NCBI RefSeq assembly: GCF_001194135.2
Contig: NC_068983.1
Coordinates: 151,072,263 to 151,111,033 of the forward strand
Source of the DNA: Octopus bimaculoides
Lineage: Eukaryota
Length of the DNA stretch: 38,771 nt
Reading direction: 5' to 3'
The notes under the pieces are model-generated. The model did not search any database. It was not told the DNA's origin and saw nothing but the letters and a program-made list of their open reading frames with translations. Of this stretch, positions 1-13,216 are shown in pieces (position 1 is the first letter of the stretch; every line of letters begins with the position of its first letter). Both the position numbers and the translations under genes were made by a program.

Positions 1-95
<95 letters not shown>

Positions 96-98
96 CAC
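1..98. repeat. (CA)n-(TA)n compound microsatellite
   Basis: Directly visible dinucleotide runs. Confidence 0.98.
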
Positions 99-297
99 AT
101 AAGAAACAAGTTAAAAATAATGGTCATTACATATAATTCCTTTATTAGAGAAAATTTGGCTTAGAGCTGTTTCCAGTAGTCATTGTAGGTACATTATTAA
201 TAGGTTTACTCAATTGGTCTATTGATCAATAGAAGTAAATTGAACGTCCTAAGAAAATTAATGCTACTTTAGTCACAGCCCGGATTGATGATCCCTC

Positions 298-342
<45 letters not shown>

Positions 343-1110
343 ATACATATAGATACATAACTGGGTACATGATGTGGCAAAAGAACATGGACAAAATGGT
401 AAACAAGGTGCAACAAACAAGCAGGCCTCATAGAAACATCTTCATCAGCTGCCACCATTAAAACCCCGGTGTTTCGAAGAATTAAGGCAGTACGCATCGT
501 TAAAATAGTTCTTCCCACGGACACAAATTAAATAGTTATCGTGGAGGGTAGTGGCGGACGGAAAACAAGACAGGAAAACGAAGACTCCATTACTTGATAG
601 TTCATTATCAGCTTATATGTTTGGCGAGCGGTGAGGTCCCTTTTCCCAATATGTCGTATGAAAATAAACTACCATTGAATCTGTCTTGATGCTAAGAATG
701 TATCATGGGCGAATCACCCTACCGTAGCCTGCGCTTCTCCAAGAAACAAGCCAAGAAAAGCACAACGTCGGTCCAAATGCGATAGGAACTTAAACTCCGC
801 TATCTGCACTTAAACGCTTCTATCAGAGCCGCTGTTAAGACTGACTCCCTCCATCAGCATAAACATAAATAAATAGACTATATGCTCGGTCCACACACGT
901 GAAGCAACATAAGATTTGGCGAGTCATTAATTAAATCCAAGTAATGAAAAAAGAAAAAGAAAAACGAATGAATGTAAAAATAAAATGAACTATACCACCA
1001 CCAACAGCAATGACAACAGCAAAAAGCAACAAGGCCAAACATTTTAGCAGTAGACAGGAAACACACATGAATATACCATGTTCAGCACGAACAAACACAT
1101 ACTTTACAGC

Positions 1111-1114
<4 letters not shown>

Positions 1115-1148
<34 letters not shown>

Positions 1149-1152
1149 TACT

Positions 1153-1208
<56 letters not shown>

Positions 1209-1262
1209 TACATAGATAGATAAATATACACACACACACATACATACATACATACATACATG
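1115..1262. repeat. (CA)n/(TA)n/(TACA)n compound microsatellite
   Basis: Directly visible; source of the HTHT/YIYI pseudo-ORFs. Confidence 0.95.
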
Positions 1263-1502
1263 CATACAGTGACACAAAATGTTTGTTTGATGAGTTCAAC
1301 CATGGTTTTATTATTATTTTTTCTTTCCCTTCCTGCTAGAGTCCAGTCAATGTTTAAGCGAGTTTGATGGCCGCCGAGGGTGTGTAGATGAGAAATTAAT
1401 TGATGTCAGATAGCCAAGTTGAAGAATAAACATTTTTCTAAGACATAGAAATCCGTATCCATTTCTACAGCTAATACCCATCCACCATTCCACAAAATCC
1501 CT

Positions 1503-1509
1503 ATCTCTC

Positions 1510-1560
<51 letters not shown>
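1503..1560. repeat. (CT)n microsatellite running into an assembly gap
   Basis: Directly visible. Confidence 0.95.
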
Positions 1561-2343
1561 NNNNNNNNNNNNNNNNNNNNNNNNNNNNNNNNNNNNNNNN
1601 NNNNNNNNNNNNNNNNNNNNNNNNNNNNNNNNNNNNNNNNNNNNNNNNNNNNNNNNNNNNNNNNNNNNNNNNNNNNNNNNNNNNNNNNNNNNNNNNNNNN
1701 NNNNNNNNNNNNNNNNNNNNNNNNNNNNNNNNNNNNNNNNNNNNNNNNNNNNNNNNNNNNNNNNNNNNNNNNNNNNNNNNNNNNNNNNNNNNNNNNNNNN
1801 NNNNNNNNNNNNNNNNNNNNNNNNNNNNNNNNNNNNNNNNNNNNNNNNNNNNNNNNNNNNNNNNNNNNNNNNNNNNCTTTTCTTTCTTGTTATTAAGATT
1901 TTTATTATAAACAGTGCAACATATAAAGTTTCTTGTTTCCAAACCACTGCCATATTTTTTTGCTTTTTTTTCACCATTCTTTTGTTTTTGTTTTTACATT
2001 TGCAGAACAATTTATACTTATTTGTTTTGGCAAAAGGTAAAAAAAGGAGGAGAGGAGTTAAATAAAAGGATACGAAAAGAAGGAGTAAGAGGAAATGAAG
2101 AAAAAGAAAGAAGTGGATGAAAATAAAGGGTTAATTTCAACGGACAGAAGGGGACAGAAGGTCAATATTAAGTAAAAAAAAAAAAAGGAACAAAGAAAGT
2201 AATAAATAAGGAATGGATAAGAAAAAAGAGAAAAATAGGGAAAAAGTTAATATAAAGAAACATTGAAAATCAAAATAATAAAATGCAGAGAATTTAAAAT
2301 GTTAAACCGTGTTCAGATCTAACAACAAAAAGAGTATCGAGAT

Positions 2344-2646
2344 CAGTGGCTTTCAGCCGGGGCCATAGAAGATTTTGGCGGGGTCTACGCAAGAAGCATA
2401 TGAAATTAGGGACCCACAGTAGTATATCAAGGGTCCATGAAAAAATTTCCTTTCTATGTTTTCATTATAAGAAACGGTTATATTTCTTTCTCTAATGTTC
2501 TACATAGTTCAACCTATGCAAGTTAATGTGCAAGAAAGAAAATCTATAAAACTAGTTGTTAAATAGCGAATGACTATGGGGGTCTACTTGACTAAAATAG
2601 TAATCAAAGGGGTCCATAGGTAAAAAAAAATGGCTGAGAACCACTG
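2344..2646. mobile_element. hAT-Charlie-type MITE (~300 bp)
   Basis: TIRs CAGTGGCTTTCAGCC and GGCTGAGAACCACTG (RC CAGTGGTTCTCAGCC, 13/15 identical). Flanks ATCGAGAT and TCTAGAT resemble the NTCTAGAN target site of Charlie elements. Confidence 0.8.
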
Positions 2647-2818
2647 TCTAGATAAATGTCCGGTCGTCGGAGCGAGGACCAACTAGCCATCCTTAAGGAT
2701 GACTGATGACACGCGTGGTGGTTTTGTTTAAAGTGAAGAAGAGTTGCGCACCGTGAAATGCATTCCCTCCTCCGTTAACATCTTCAATTCAGTGGCAAGA
2801 CCAGATCCAAACGGATGC

Positions 2819-2978
2819 AGGAGTGGCTGCGTGGTAAGTAGCTTGCTTACCAATCACATGGTTCCGAGTTCATTCCCACTACGTTGCACCTTGGGCAACT
2901 GTCTTCTACTATAGCCTCGAGCCGACCAAAGCCTTGTGAGTGGATTTGGTAGACAGAAACTGAAAGAAGCCTGTCGTA

Positions 2979-3011
<33 letters not shown>

Positions 3012-3228
3012 GTTTATATATATATGTATGTGTGTGTATGTGTGTCTGTGTTTGTCCCCGCAACATCGCTTGACAACCGATGGTGGTGTGTTTACGTCCC
3101 CGTAACTTAGCGGTTCCGCAAAAGAGACCGATAGGCATCCAAAGAATAAGTCCTGGGATCGATTTACTCGACTAAAGGCCGTGCTCCAGCATGGCCACAG
3201 TCAAATGACTGAAACAAGTAAAAGAGTA
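2819..3228 (+). mobile_element. SINE family 1, full length, with internal (TA)n(TG)n microsatellite
   Basis: tRNA-like head (A-box-like TGGCTGCGTGG, B-box-like GAGTTCATTCCC), CCTTGGGCAA central motif, tail GGTGCTCCAGCATGGCC...GAAACAAGTAAAAGA shared with the other copies in the window. Confidence 0.9.
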
Positions 3229-3755
3229 TGTTGTATTTGGTTCACCAACATGTCTTATTTGGTTCATCTTGTTCTCTGCATTCCACAATGTATTACTGCA
3301 GCCAAATTCCTCTTCTTTAACCATGATGGTATTTTCCGCAGTCTGCCGGACCCAGTCTTTACAAGCATAGGTAGGCATGCCCTAATATGCTAATTTAAAT
3401 TCATAACTGGGACAGGTGTAACAACTACGAGTTAGAGTAAAGCTTGGAACAAATTGGTTAAGAGGTGATTCCACGCTCCTCAAAAACCTTAGAACTTCCG
3501 AAACACTGCCTCACTACCGAATGCAGTTAAAAGTCATATCGTTGACAAAACCCTTGATACGCTATGTCTGAACAACAACAAAAATAAATATAATAGTCAG
3601 AGCTAAAATATCTGTTATTTATTATATTATCATTATATGATTACTCAAATAAGCCTGGCCTCCTCTTCTGTTCCTCTTTCTGTCACATACACACGCGTGC
3701 GCACATATATACACACACACGCACACGCATACACACATACGCACACACACATCCC

Positions 3756-3796
<41 letters not shown>

Positions 3797-3804
3797 CAGA
3801 CATA

Positions 3805-5067
3805 TAGGAAGTAAATAGACAATAGACACCTTTAATTTTCAAAATTTCTGACCTAAGCGTCTTAATATGCTTTCAGTGGTGTAGAATTTACAATGTAATT
3901 ATTCTTTTTCATTCCAGGTGCCATTATAGTAAACATTTGCGAAGAGTAACCATGCCACGCACAAAAATTCCAGCAGAACTGTCAGGTTTTCAAAGAGGTC
4001 GTATTGTTGGGCAATCTGCGGCTGAACTTAGCCAGCGAAAAATTGCCGAAAATCTTCAAATTCCTCTTGCTACTGTTAATAGAATTATAGTGCAATTCCA
4101 TAGCTATGGAAAAGAATCAACAGATTTTCGTCTCAGCCGACCTGGGCCCTCGGAAAGGAAGCTTCGCTGTTTGAAGAGAATTGTGGAAAACGAATCCTGT
4201 TCGAAGGTTTCTGACATTGCAAAACAGCTAGAAGTTAGTCCAAGAACGTGTGTTACATATCTGCATAAGCTTGGGTATCATGGACGAGCAGCTAGAAGAA
4301 AACCTCTCCTTCAACCAATTAATATCATGAAAAGAAAGAAATGGGCTTAGATATCAGAAAAATCCAGTTTATTTTGGGACAGAGTGATTTTCTCAGATGA
4401 ATCCGGGTTTGCATTATTTTCAGACAGTGGACGTGTTTGGATCAGGAGACTTCCCAATCAAGAATTTAATTTGAAACGACTCCAACCAACTGTGAAACAT
4501 GGCGGTATTTCTGTAATGGTATGGGAAGCTGTCACCAGCAATGGTCGTTCTGAGCTGATTGAATGTGTTGGAACCACAAACTCTGAAAAATACATCGAAA
4601 CACTTAAGTAAGGACTACTTCCGATGTATTCACACGATAACATAACGAAAAATGAGTTTTTATTCGTAGAAGATGGGGCTCCATGTCACACAGCGAAAAA
4701 GAATCAACAATATTTGACTGAAAATGAGATCAAAAAGCTTCCTTGGCCGAGCCAATCTCTTGACATGAATCCAATTGAAAATCTTTGGAGCATACTAGAT
4801 ATAGCTATACGAAAAACTCGACAGAAACATAAATCTAAAGATGAATTATTTCCATTGCTGCGTGAAAAGTGGGCAGAAATTCCACAAGAGACAATCACAT
4901 ATCTCATCAGTTCAATGCCAAAAAGAGTTTCTGAATTAAAAAAATTGCAAAGGGAATGTCAACTAAATACTAAAGTATGTAGTCCTACCTATCGATTACA
5001 TTTCAATTGTTCGCTTTGCATATTAAATAAAAGATTTTGAAAATTAAAGGTGTCTATTTACTTCCTG
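3805..5067 (+). mobile_element. Tc1-family DNA transposon, near full length (1263 bp)
   Basis: TIR (C/T)AGGAAGTAAATAGACACCTTTAATTTTCAAAAT at both ends; the left copy has an extra AATAGAC. TA at 3803-3804, CA at 5068-5069. Internal transposase. Confidence 0.93.
3952..4973 (+). pseudogene. Tc1 transposase pseudogene (DD34E)
   Basis: ORFs 3937-4350, 4384-4611 and 4624-5040 share one frame, broken by TAG 4348 and TAA 4609. Motifs FSDES, VEDGAPCH, WPSQSLDMNPIENLW with 34 residues between D and E. A poly-A frameshift near 4940 hides the C-terminus IAKGMSTKY-stop. Confidence 0.93.
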
Positions 5068-5129
5068 CATGTGTGTGTGTGTGTGTGTGTGTATTAGCGT
5101 GGGTCTGTAAGTTTAAATCNNNNNNNNNN

Positions 5130-5163
<34 letters not shown>

Positions 5164-5530
5164 CATATATACATATATATGTGTGTGTGTGTGTGTGTGT
5201 ATTAGCGTGGGTCTGTAAGTTTAAATCTATGAAAATGATTTAGGGCGTTAAAGTTTGCAAAAGCACTACTTAGTTCTGTTCTTCAAGAAAACATGGTCAG
5301 TAAAAGAAAACTCAGTAACTTATTGGTTCAAAACTGGCGGCTGTATTTGCTTTTCTTGAACTAAATTAGTCATGCAATTTATTAAAATTGGCCATTATTT
5401 GGTAAAAAGCTGTTAATAATTTGGTAATATCAGTTAATTAAGTACAACTCAATAGGTATCGTATAGTGCTTTAGTGAAGTTTGCCTTTGAATATATACTG
5501 CAGGAGGACCGCCCAACGTTATTACCTGAC

Positions 5531-5575
5531 CTGTTAGCAATAGTAGCCAAACCTCCAAAAATCACATCGAAGCAT
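5531..5575 (+). repeat. Dispersed repeat fragment (family 4)
   Basis: CTGACCTGTTAGCAATAGTAGCCAAACCTCCAAAAATCACA resembles 11025-11085, 13555-13615 and 6565-6775; by-eye alignment only. Confidence 0.4.
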
Positions 5576-6559
5576 TTTAGGGAAGGAAATATGAAACTAG
5601 TTTATAATTACCATGTCTAAAAGTGATGAGATGATCGTTGCCGGAATAGTATGAAAGACCTGGCTTAAAACTAAACAATAACAACAACAACGTTAAGACG
5701 AGTGGACTTATGACAAGCTGATTTGTTCCATCAAGTGTGTAAACATCAACAGGCTGCGTCATCACAACTATTTTTTCGGACAAGGATATGAAACGTTACG
5801 GGTTTGTATTTAAGGATATACATCCGTGATTAAGATATTTAACTATTAACGTTACTGTCCTTCGAACTAGGAACCACGTGTTGATTCCTTCTTGCAGCTA
5901 GGGAGATTGTAGATTGAATGACACATGCTGTTGCTCTATATTGCAGCAGTGAACGAGTATAAACTTGACGTCCGTCCATAAGTTAGCCGTGCCAAGTTCA
6001 ATTACTCCAATGGGAAATTTTATCCATTAAGTGTTTGTGTCTCATTTAATTTATGCTATATAAGCTAAATGCAAGCATGGACCCATTCAGTTCTTGGCAT
6101 CATGAAACCGTTATCTTTAATATCTACGAGAATTTTAAATTTGGTCTAGAGCCTCTTTAGTAAAGGAACCCGATTCAAAACGAGAGACTGATATATTCCC
6201 CGAAATCAAGTAAAGCCTAAAGTACTGAAGAATAAATTAAACGCATCTTGATTCATTGTCTTGGAGACGTCCAATTCACTGGTAGCATTCACACGTTAAG
6301 ATCCTTCCAAAAGTGTTCAAGAGCATTAGCCTCAAATTGATCACTATTCTGTGGTACGCACGCGTACACACACATACGCTCACTGAAACACACAGACACA
6401 CGCTCACACGTATGCACGTGCGCAAACACAGGCCTACACTGTAGAAAATATGCAGTTCTTATTTATAACAAAGTCATCTGTCAGATCGCCCTCACTTGCC
6501 CTCTCGTGCCTGTGCTGAACGAGCTAATGATGGGACTCGAACCAACGGGGAAGCTTGTA

Positions 6560-6775
6560 TATGGTCAGTTGATCTATTAGAAATTGGTGCGAGAAGTTTT
6601 TGAGAAATCATTTTCTACTGTTTTTAAAAAAGAAAGGACACATTGAATGATGTAGTCCTAGGTATACTGTGTTCTAGATTATTGTGCTTGAAAAATAAGA
6701 CGAAATGGTCACAGCTGGAATGTTTAGATCACAGATGTGTTAGATTAGCGCTAACCTAGGATGAAAAACAGACCA
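6560..6775 (+). repeat. Dispersed repeat family 4, longer degenerate copy
   Basis: Weak similarity to 5531 and 11025; GCTGGAATGTTTAGATCA resembles TGGAATGCCTTTGATCA near 11304. Confidence 0.4.
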
Positions 6776-7435
6776 ACGAGAACAATGAGAAACTGTTAGA
6801 ATGTTGGAGTTGCAGAGGTTAATCTATTATTTGCATTCCTAGAAATTTGGAATGCCCTGAGTATCGGACGAGGAAATATAAATGAACGAAAAGAGAAAAT
6901 GAAACCATAGAGAAAGAGAGAGACAGGGGAAGAGAGAGAGGGTGACACAAACGCGCAGTCAGAGAAAAGGAGAGAGAGAATCAGAGTGAGAGGGAGAAGA
7001 AGTGAGACAAAGAAGAAGAAAGGAAGTGTGTATGAAAGACGAGGCGGGGCGTTGAATGAGTTTCAAAGATACTGTATTCGAATTTGACAGTAAAAACACC
7101 ATAAAGAGTTCGCTTGTCAACAGCTTCGAGTCCCGGACTCGTCTGGTCTCCACATATTTCTACGTCTTATAAAATAAACAGCCCATCCATGATGTACTCT
7201 TGCTCTAACTGGCCCTGCCCCCTGCCAAACACCCTTTTATCACTCTCTATTAACCGTCAATCTGCCTCTATATCTGTTTGGTTTTTCCTTTCAGTGTCCT
7301 ACTGAGAAATTAACGAAAATAACGAAATACCCGCGAACGTATCATAGCATACCTCTAGGCGATATTTGTTGTTGTTGTTGTTGTGTGTGCGCGTGTGCGC
7401 ATGAGTTGTACATGAGTGTATGTATGTGCTTGTGT

Positions 7436-7584
7436 GGGTGGCTGTGTGGCAAGAAGCTTGCTTCTCAGCCTCTTGATTTCGGGTTCAGTCCTACTACGTG
7501 GCATTTTCGGGCAAGTGTCTTCTACTATAGCCTCAAGCCGATCAAAGCCTTGTGAGTGGATTTGGTAGACGAAAAAAATCTGTC

Positions 7585-7657
<73 letters not shown>

Positions 7658-7843
7658 GGGGGGGGTTGTGTCTGTTTTTGTTACCATCACCGTTTGACAA
7701 ACGGTGTTGGCATTTTTACGTCCGCGCAACTTAGCTGTTTGGTAAAAGAGTACTGGATGGATTTGTCGATTAAAACCTTTCAAGGCGTGATGCTCCAGCA
7801 TGGCCGCAGCCAAATGAGTGAAACAAGTAAAACAATAAAAGAA
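7436..7843 (+). mobile_element. SINE family 1, full length, diverged
   Basis: Same head, internal microsatellite and tail as 2819-3228. Confidence 0.88.
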
Positions 7844-7887
7844 TATGTATGTATGAGTATGTTAGTGTGTGTGTATGTGCGTGTGTA

Positions 7888-7923
<36 letters not shown>

Positions 7924-8710
7924 CATACACACACACACGTATACATGTATGTATGCAAATACCAGCTACATTAGTTTCTGGTTGAGCCTTAATTTAAGCA
8001 CATTGTTCCAACACTCACTCCTTCCTAAATCTACATTCTATATATGAATTTTCAAGATAATCTCAATAGATTTTCTAAAGAATTCTGAACCAGCAATGCA
8101 AGTTACAGCGTTTCATTTACGAATATTTCTATGAATAAACAATACGATCGAAGATAAGAAAATGGGTAATGGGTGTGTTTCGTTTTTCTATTATACTGAA
8201 GGTCTACGATATTCTCATTTCTAAATTTATCCATATAGATTTTCTACGAATTACTGTGCCCTTGCTAACAGTTAATACTTTATAGAGCAGCTATTAGGAA
8301 TGTGTTTAATATGTAAATCGGTCTATCCAATAGTGTTATATCGCTAAACTCAGTGAGTATTTAAGCAATGCATTCATGTATAGTTAATGGGTTGGATCAG
8401 GTGCTGAGAAGAGAGCAATAACTCTTGAAATATGCATGTATAACCACAACTTATATTTTCTATCTTCGATCGCATTGTTGACATTTACGTATTCGTATAC
8501 GAAGCGTTGTTACTTACAGCGTTGGCTAAGAATTCTATGGAAAATTTATATGGCTAAACTTCAAAATGAGAATATCGCACAGCAAGCACGAAAAGTAAGG
8601 CGCAATATTGACTTGTAGTATATTATGGTTGCAAGACGAAATACTATGCTAACGATTAGCAAACTGTATATTTAAATATATACACACACACATATATTTA
8701 AATATGTGTG

Positions 8711-8742
<32 letters not shown>

Positions 8743-9226
8743 NNNNNNNNNNNNNNNNNNNNNNNNNNNNNNNNNNNNNNNNNNNNNNNNNNNNNNNNNN
8801 NNNNNNNNNNNNNNNNNNNNNNNNNNNNNNNNNNNNNNNNNNNNNNNNNNNNNNNNNNNNNNNNNNNNNNNNNNNNNNNNNNNNNNNNNNNNNNNNNNNN
8901 NNNNNNNNNNNNNNNNNNNNNNNNNNNNNNNNNNNNNNNNNNNNNNNNNNNNNNNNNNNNNNNNNNNNNNNNNNNNNNNNNNNNNNNNNNNNNNNNNNNN
9001 NNNNNNNNNNNNNNNNNNNNNNNNNNNNNNNNNNNNNNNNNNNNNNNNNNNNNNNNNNNNNNNNNNNNNNNNNNNNNNNNNNNNNNNNNNNNNNNNNNNN
9101 NNNNNNNNNNNNNNNNNNNNNNNNNNNNNNNNNNNNNNNNNNNNNNNNNNNNNNNNNNNNNNNNNNNNNNNNNNNNNNNNNNNNNNNNNNNNNNNNNNNN
9201 NNNNNNNNNNNNNNNNNNNNNNNNNN

Positions 9227-9258
<32 letters not shown>

Positions 9259-9952
9259 GCACATGTACACACACACTTATATAAATATTATTGTCCTCTG
9301 ATTTAGAAAACAAAAATAAAACAGTTTTTTTCTTCCCATTAGCCGAGGAATACATAACACCGCTTGTACCCTCTACTCCGAACTTGAAATTAACATAAAA
9401 ATTACAAAAACAAATATGAAAACAACAACAACAACAAGTAACGACTACAACAATAAATCAATGATAACACAAACAAAATAAAAAAAAAAAATTTAAATAA
9501 AATCTTGAACTCGACGAAAAATAAACATGATTGATTAGGTATTATTATTTCAATGTTTCAGGTTTTGCGTTTTTTTCTGTCACCCGGCATCAACCTCTTC
9601 ATTTTATTTGCCTTTTTTTTTTAGTAGCTTAAAATAACATGAACCGTCCCAAATGAGCAATAAAATATAACAAACGGCCTTGTTTTTTTCAAAAGTCCGA
9701 AACCTCACTTACCTACTAAAATGTATAAATAAATGATTAAACATACAAGTGAAAGAATGAATGACTGAATGAATAACCGAATGAAAGAATTTAGGAATAT
9801 GCCTAAATAATACGCTGGCCTGGTGGTAGTAGCCTACATTGTGAAGTCAATTCAACAATATGTTTAACAATTGAGTCCGTCTTGGTAGCCCTTGTAGAAT
9901 TAGGTTACATTAAACCAAGGTTGCCATATCACACACACACACACACACAGAT

Positions 9953-10272
9953 CTAAGACACTTGCTTCCCAACCACATGGTCCCGGTTTCAGTCCTACTA
10001 CGTGGCATCTTCGGCAAATATCTTAAACTATAGTTACCAGCCGACCAAAGTCTTGTGAGTGGATTTGGTTGACGGAAATTGAAAGCAGACTGTCGTATGG
10101 GTGTGTGTGTGTGTGTGTGTGTGTCTTTGTTTTCAACCCGCACCGCTTGACAACCGGTGCTGGTGTATTTACGTCTCTGTAAATTAGCTGTTCAGCAAAA
10201 GGGAGTATCAGGCTTTAAAGAAATTAGCACTAGGGTCGGTGCGTTCGACTAAAATTCTTCAAGGTGGTGCTA
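9953..10272 (+). mobile_element. SINE family 1, clipped at both ends
   Basis: Head, body and internal (GT)n align to the family; similarity stops at GGTGGTGCT. Confidence 0.82.
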
Positions 10273-10321
10273 CATACATATGTATGTATCACCTTTTACT
10301 TGTTTCACACATGCATGCATA

Positions 10322-10399
<78 letters not shown>

Positions 10400-10760
10400 A
10401 ATGAACACAGAGAGAAGCAACACAGAAGGGACAACTTTGAACAAATGATGTATTAGTTTAACACCTAAAAAGAAAGGAGTGTTTTGACCTTTCGGATGCA
10501 GTGTCCTACATCAGACGAAAAATAGAAAGGAAAATAGTAAACGAACGAGAAAAAGTGATTACACTGTCGGAAGTTCTGACTGATATCCGTTGCACANNNN
10601 NNNNNNGGGGGGGGGTATGAATACGTGCATGCATAAATTATGTTACTTTTTGTAAATGAGGCAAAATCCAGGGGCTCCGAATGGGGCACCAACGATGGTT
10701 GAATACATAACTTTACATAATGGATCAAAAGTAAAGTCTTTTAGGAAAAGAGTCGATCTT

Positions 10761-10950
10761 ATTCACTCATTCAACCGCTTACTCACTCATTCTCTCTACC
10801 GTCTGCTCAATCACTCAGTTTCGTGGACATTCACTAACTCACTGATTCACTCACTCCCTTAGTAGCAGTCCATCTACTCAATCATTCTTTGAATCACGCA
10901 TTCTGTCATTCACTCACTCTCCAGCCACTCACTCATTCTCTCAATCACGT
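10761..10950. repeat. Degenerate (ACTC)n/(ATTC)n low-complexity tract
   Basis: Recurrent CACTCA/ATTCACTC units. Confidence 0.75.
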
Positions 10951-11099
10951 GTCACGCATCAATTACCTTCCTCCATTTCCCTCCTTGTTCCCATAATCTT
11001 TAAGAGGGTGTCTGTACGGCGTTGGTCTCTCTGGTAGAAAAAGCTGCCAAATCTCTCTCAAATCACCCCACCATTGTTTTGGTAAATGATACTTCAGAT

Positions 11100-11248
11100 C
11101 AGTCATGAGCAACCTGAGGAGGCCCGTATCGCTTTCTGAATGACACGCCTTACGAAAATTTACCTTGAATCTTTTTAGTAATGCGTCCTTCTTGGTGGTG
11201 AGCCATATTTCATGCGGCTCGCCCCTCGAAAAAAGTTGCCTAAGCTTG
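11100..11248. mobile_element. hAT-Charlie-type MITE (~150 bp)
   Basis: Ends CAGTCATGAGCAAC and GTTGCCTAAGCTTG (degenerate TIR). Flanking 8-mers CTTCAGAT and CTTTAAAT (6/8) fit an 8-bp hAT TSD. Internal GCGGCTCGCCCCTCGAAAAAAG subterminal motif. Confidence 0.6.
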
Positions 11249-11778
11249 CTTTAAATAACGCACTCCTGGTTCCCTGCACATGAGAATATAGAACTACCAA
11301 GAGTGGAATGCCTTTGATCAATCAAGTTTTATCTGGAAGGAACGAACAACAGCAAAGCACGTACTGGTGGCACCTACTGTTTGCTAAACTATGTTTCTGG
11401 GAGATAAGAGTAATGATAACTGGGACGCACGCGCATTGTCATATACGTTACTCGAAACATGAATCCATCGATTCCAGTATCTTCTCCAGGCTTATCTTCT
11501 TTTTTATATCACCTTCTCTTTCCCCCTTTCTTTTCCTATGTATATACATATAATCTTTTCCTTTCCACCAATGTATCATCTATTTACTTTAACTTACCTC
11601 GACCTTTCTGCCTTAAGTAATCATTTTTAGCAATCTCATATCTCGCTTCTTTTCTCGCCCCACCTCTGTCTTTTCCCTATGTATCATATATCCCTCAATC
11701 TGTTTTTCTATCTTATTTGCTTTCTGTTTCTCCACCTCTTTACCGTTCTTATATAGTTTAGCTTGTTTTAAATTTCCA

Positions 11779-11815
11779 AAGTGACAAATTTATCAGTAGG
11801 ATCCAGTAATAACAT
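11779..11815 (+). repeat. Perfect 37-bp inverted repeat, left arm
   Basis: AAGTGACAAATTTATCAGTAGGATCCAGTAATAACAT is the exact reverse complement of 13626-13662. Confidence 0.97.
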
Positions 11816-12149
11816 GGTAAAACATCAATAGCAAATTATATTTATATTACACACATATTTACAAGCGCACAAACACACCCATGCACACGTACGCACATAT
11901 GAGTGTGTGAGTGTCTGCATGTACGTGCATATAATTATTCTTCATATACCGCACATTAGATGTAATCCAGTACCCCTATGAGGTACCGGCTGATAATTAT
12001 TTACTGTTAGCTAAACTCTGTTTCTGGGAAATATGAGTTGTGCCAACTGGAGTACAGGGTCGATGAGGGACGGGGTTAGATATAATGCGTTGCACGTTGG
12101 GTAAGTGTTCTCGTGTCCTCACACCAAGCCTTGTGAGTGAAACTTTGCT

Positions 12150-12260
12150 GCTCATCGGATAGTTTGTACCTGTATTTCAAACGGCCAGCCTTTTGGCACA
12201 TAATATTTCACTGATTCTGATTGTGTTAAAAACCTGAGTGTCTGTCAAATACTTAGCTCC
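12150..12260 (+). mobile_element. Degenerate SINE family 2 tail fragment
   Basis: GTTTGTACCTGTATTTCAAACGGCCAGCCTT resembles GTTGTACATATATTTCAAATGTCCAGCCTT in the 30806 copy. Confidence 0.5.
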
Positions 12261-12393
12261 TTACCCTAACAGCTGGATGCGTTCATTTGATCACTCAACT
12301 GGAATGTTCATCATAGAATCGCGTGTTGTTCTAGAGATACATTTAGTCCCGTTAATTTCTTCAAATCTGTTATTTCTAAACATCGCCATAAAT

Positions 12394-12575
12394 CGGCGAG
12401 CTGGCTGAATCGTTTGCACGGGCAAAATACTTCGTCCGTCTTTATGTTCTGAGTTCAAATTTCGTTGAGGTCGACTTCGATTTTTCATCCTTTCGGATAA
12501 GTAGAGAGGTCGATGTAATCGACTTGTCTCCTCCCCAGAAATGCTGGCTTTGTGCCAAAATTTGAGACCATTATT
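12394..12575 (+). mobile_element. SINE family 3 (Nin/Deu-like central domain), internally deleted
   Basis: GGCGAGCTGGC head, TTCTGAGTTCAAAT B-box, TTTCATCCTTTCGG...GTCGAT domain, GCCAAAATTTGA tail, as in the 16993, 17239 and 19917 copies. Confidence 0.82.
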
Positions 12576-12985
12576 ATACATTGACATATTTGAACTAGCG
12601 TCCTCATTTTAGTTGTTAATAAAATCGTATTCTTCAATCGGTAGTAAAGAATATCCTTGATATGTATCATAACCTATCTGTTATCTTGTTTAAATTAAGT
12701 ATAGTTAATTCCTCTTTTCTATCTAGTACATTAACTTGATTGATATAACGATGTTCATATACAACGTATGTGAAGGAAATTTTATTCTACTACAATAACA
12801 ACACAGTATATCTTGACAAGTTTAGGCATTTCGTACATTGTGTATATAAAGAGCGAATTTTTTGTGTATATTTAGAGTTGATCTGCTGATGTAACCGTGA
12901 TGTTCTAGCGATCTGATGAGCTAGCTTCTTTTATTTTCATTAATTTGTGAATATACTATTGTATAATAGTGAGCCTACTTATTAA

Positions 12986-13082
<97 letters not shown>

Positions 13083-13216
13083 ATAGAAAAGGTAAGACAA
13101 CAAAAGTAAGAAAGAGACCTCGATATTATGTAAATAGAGGAATTTAACTGTAAATAATGTGACAATTATTTACAGATATATATATATATATCTGTAAATA
13201 TAATATGTGACAATTA

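Noticed and set aside
3301-3369. Possible 69-nt plus-strand exon (CTGCAG acceptor, GTAGGC donor)
   Set aside because: No recognisable peptide and no partner exons; the splice signals are common motifs.
5070-5228. Direct repeat of (GT)n-ATTAGCGTGGGTCTGTAAGTTTAAATC on both sides of a 10-N gap
   Set aside because: Most likely an unmerged contig overlap, so an assembly artefact.
8021-8290. Faint ~170-bp-period similarity (ATAGATTTTCTA..GAATT.CTG twice)
   Set aside because: Too degenerate in AT-rich DNA to support without computation.
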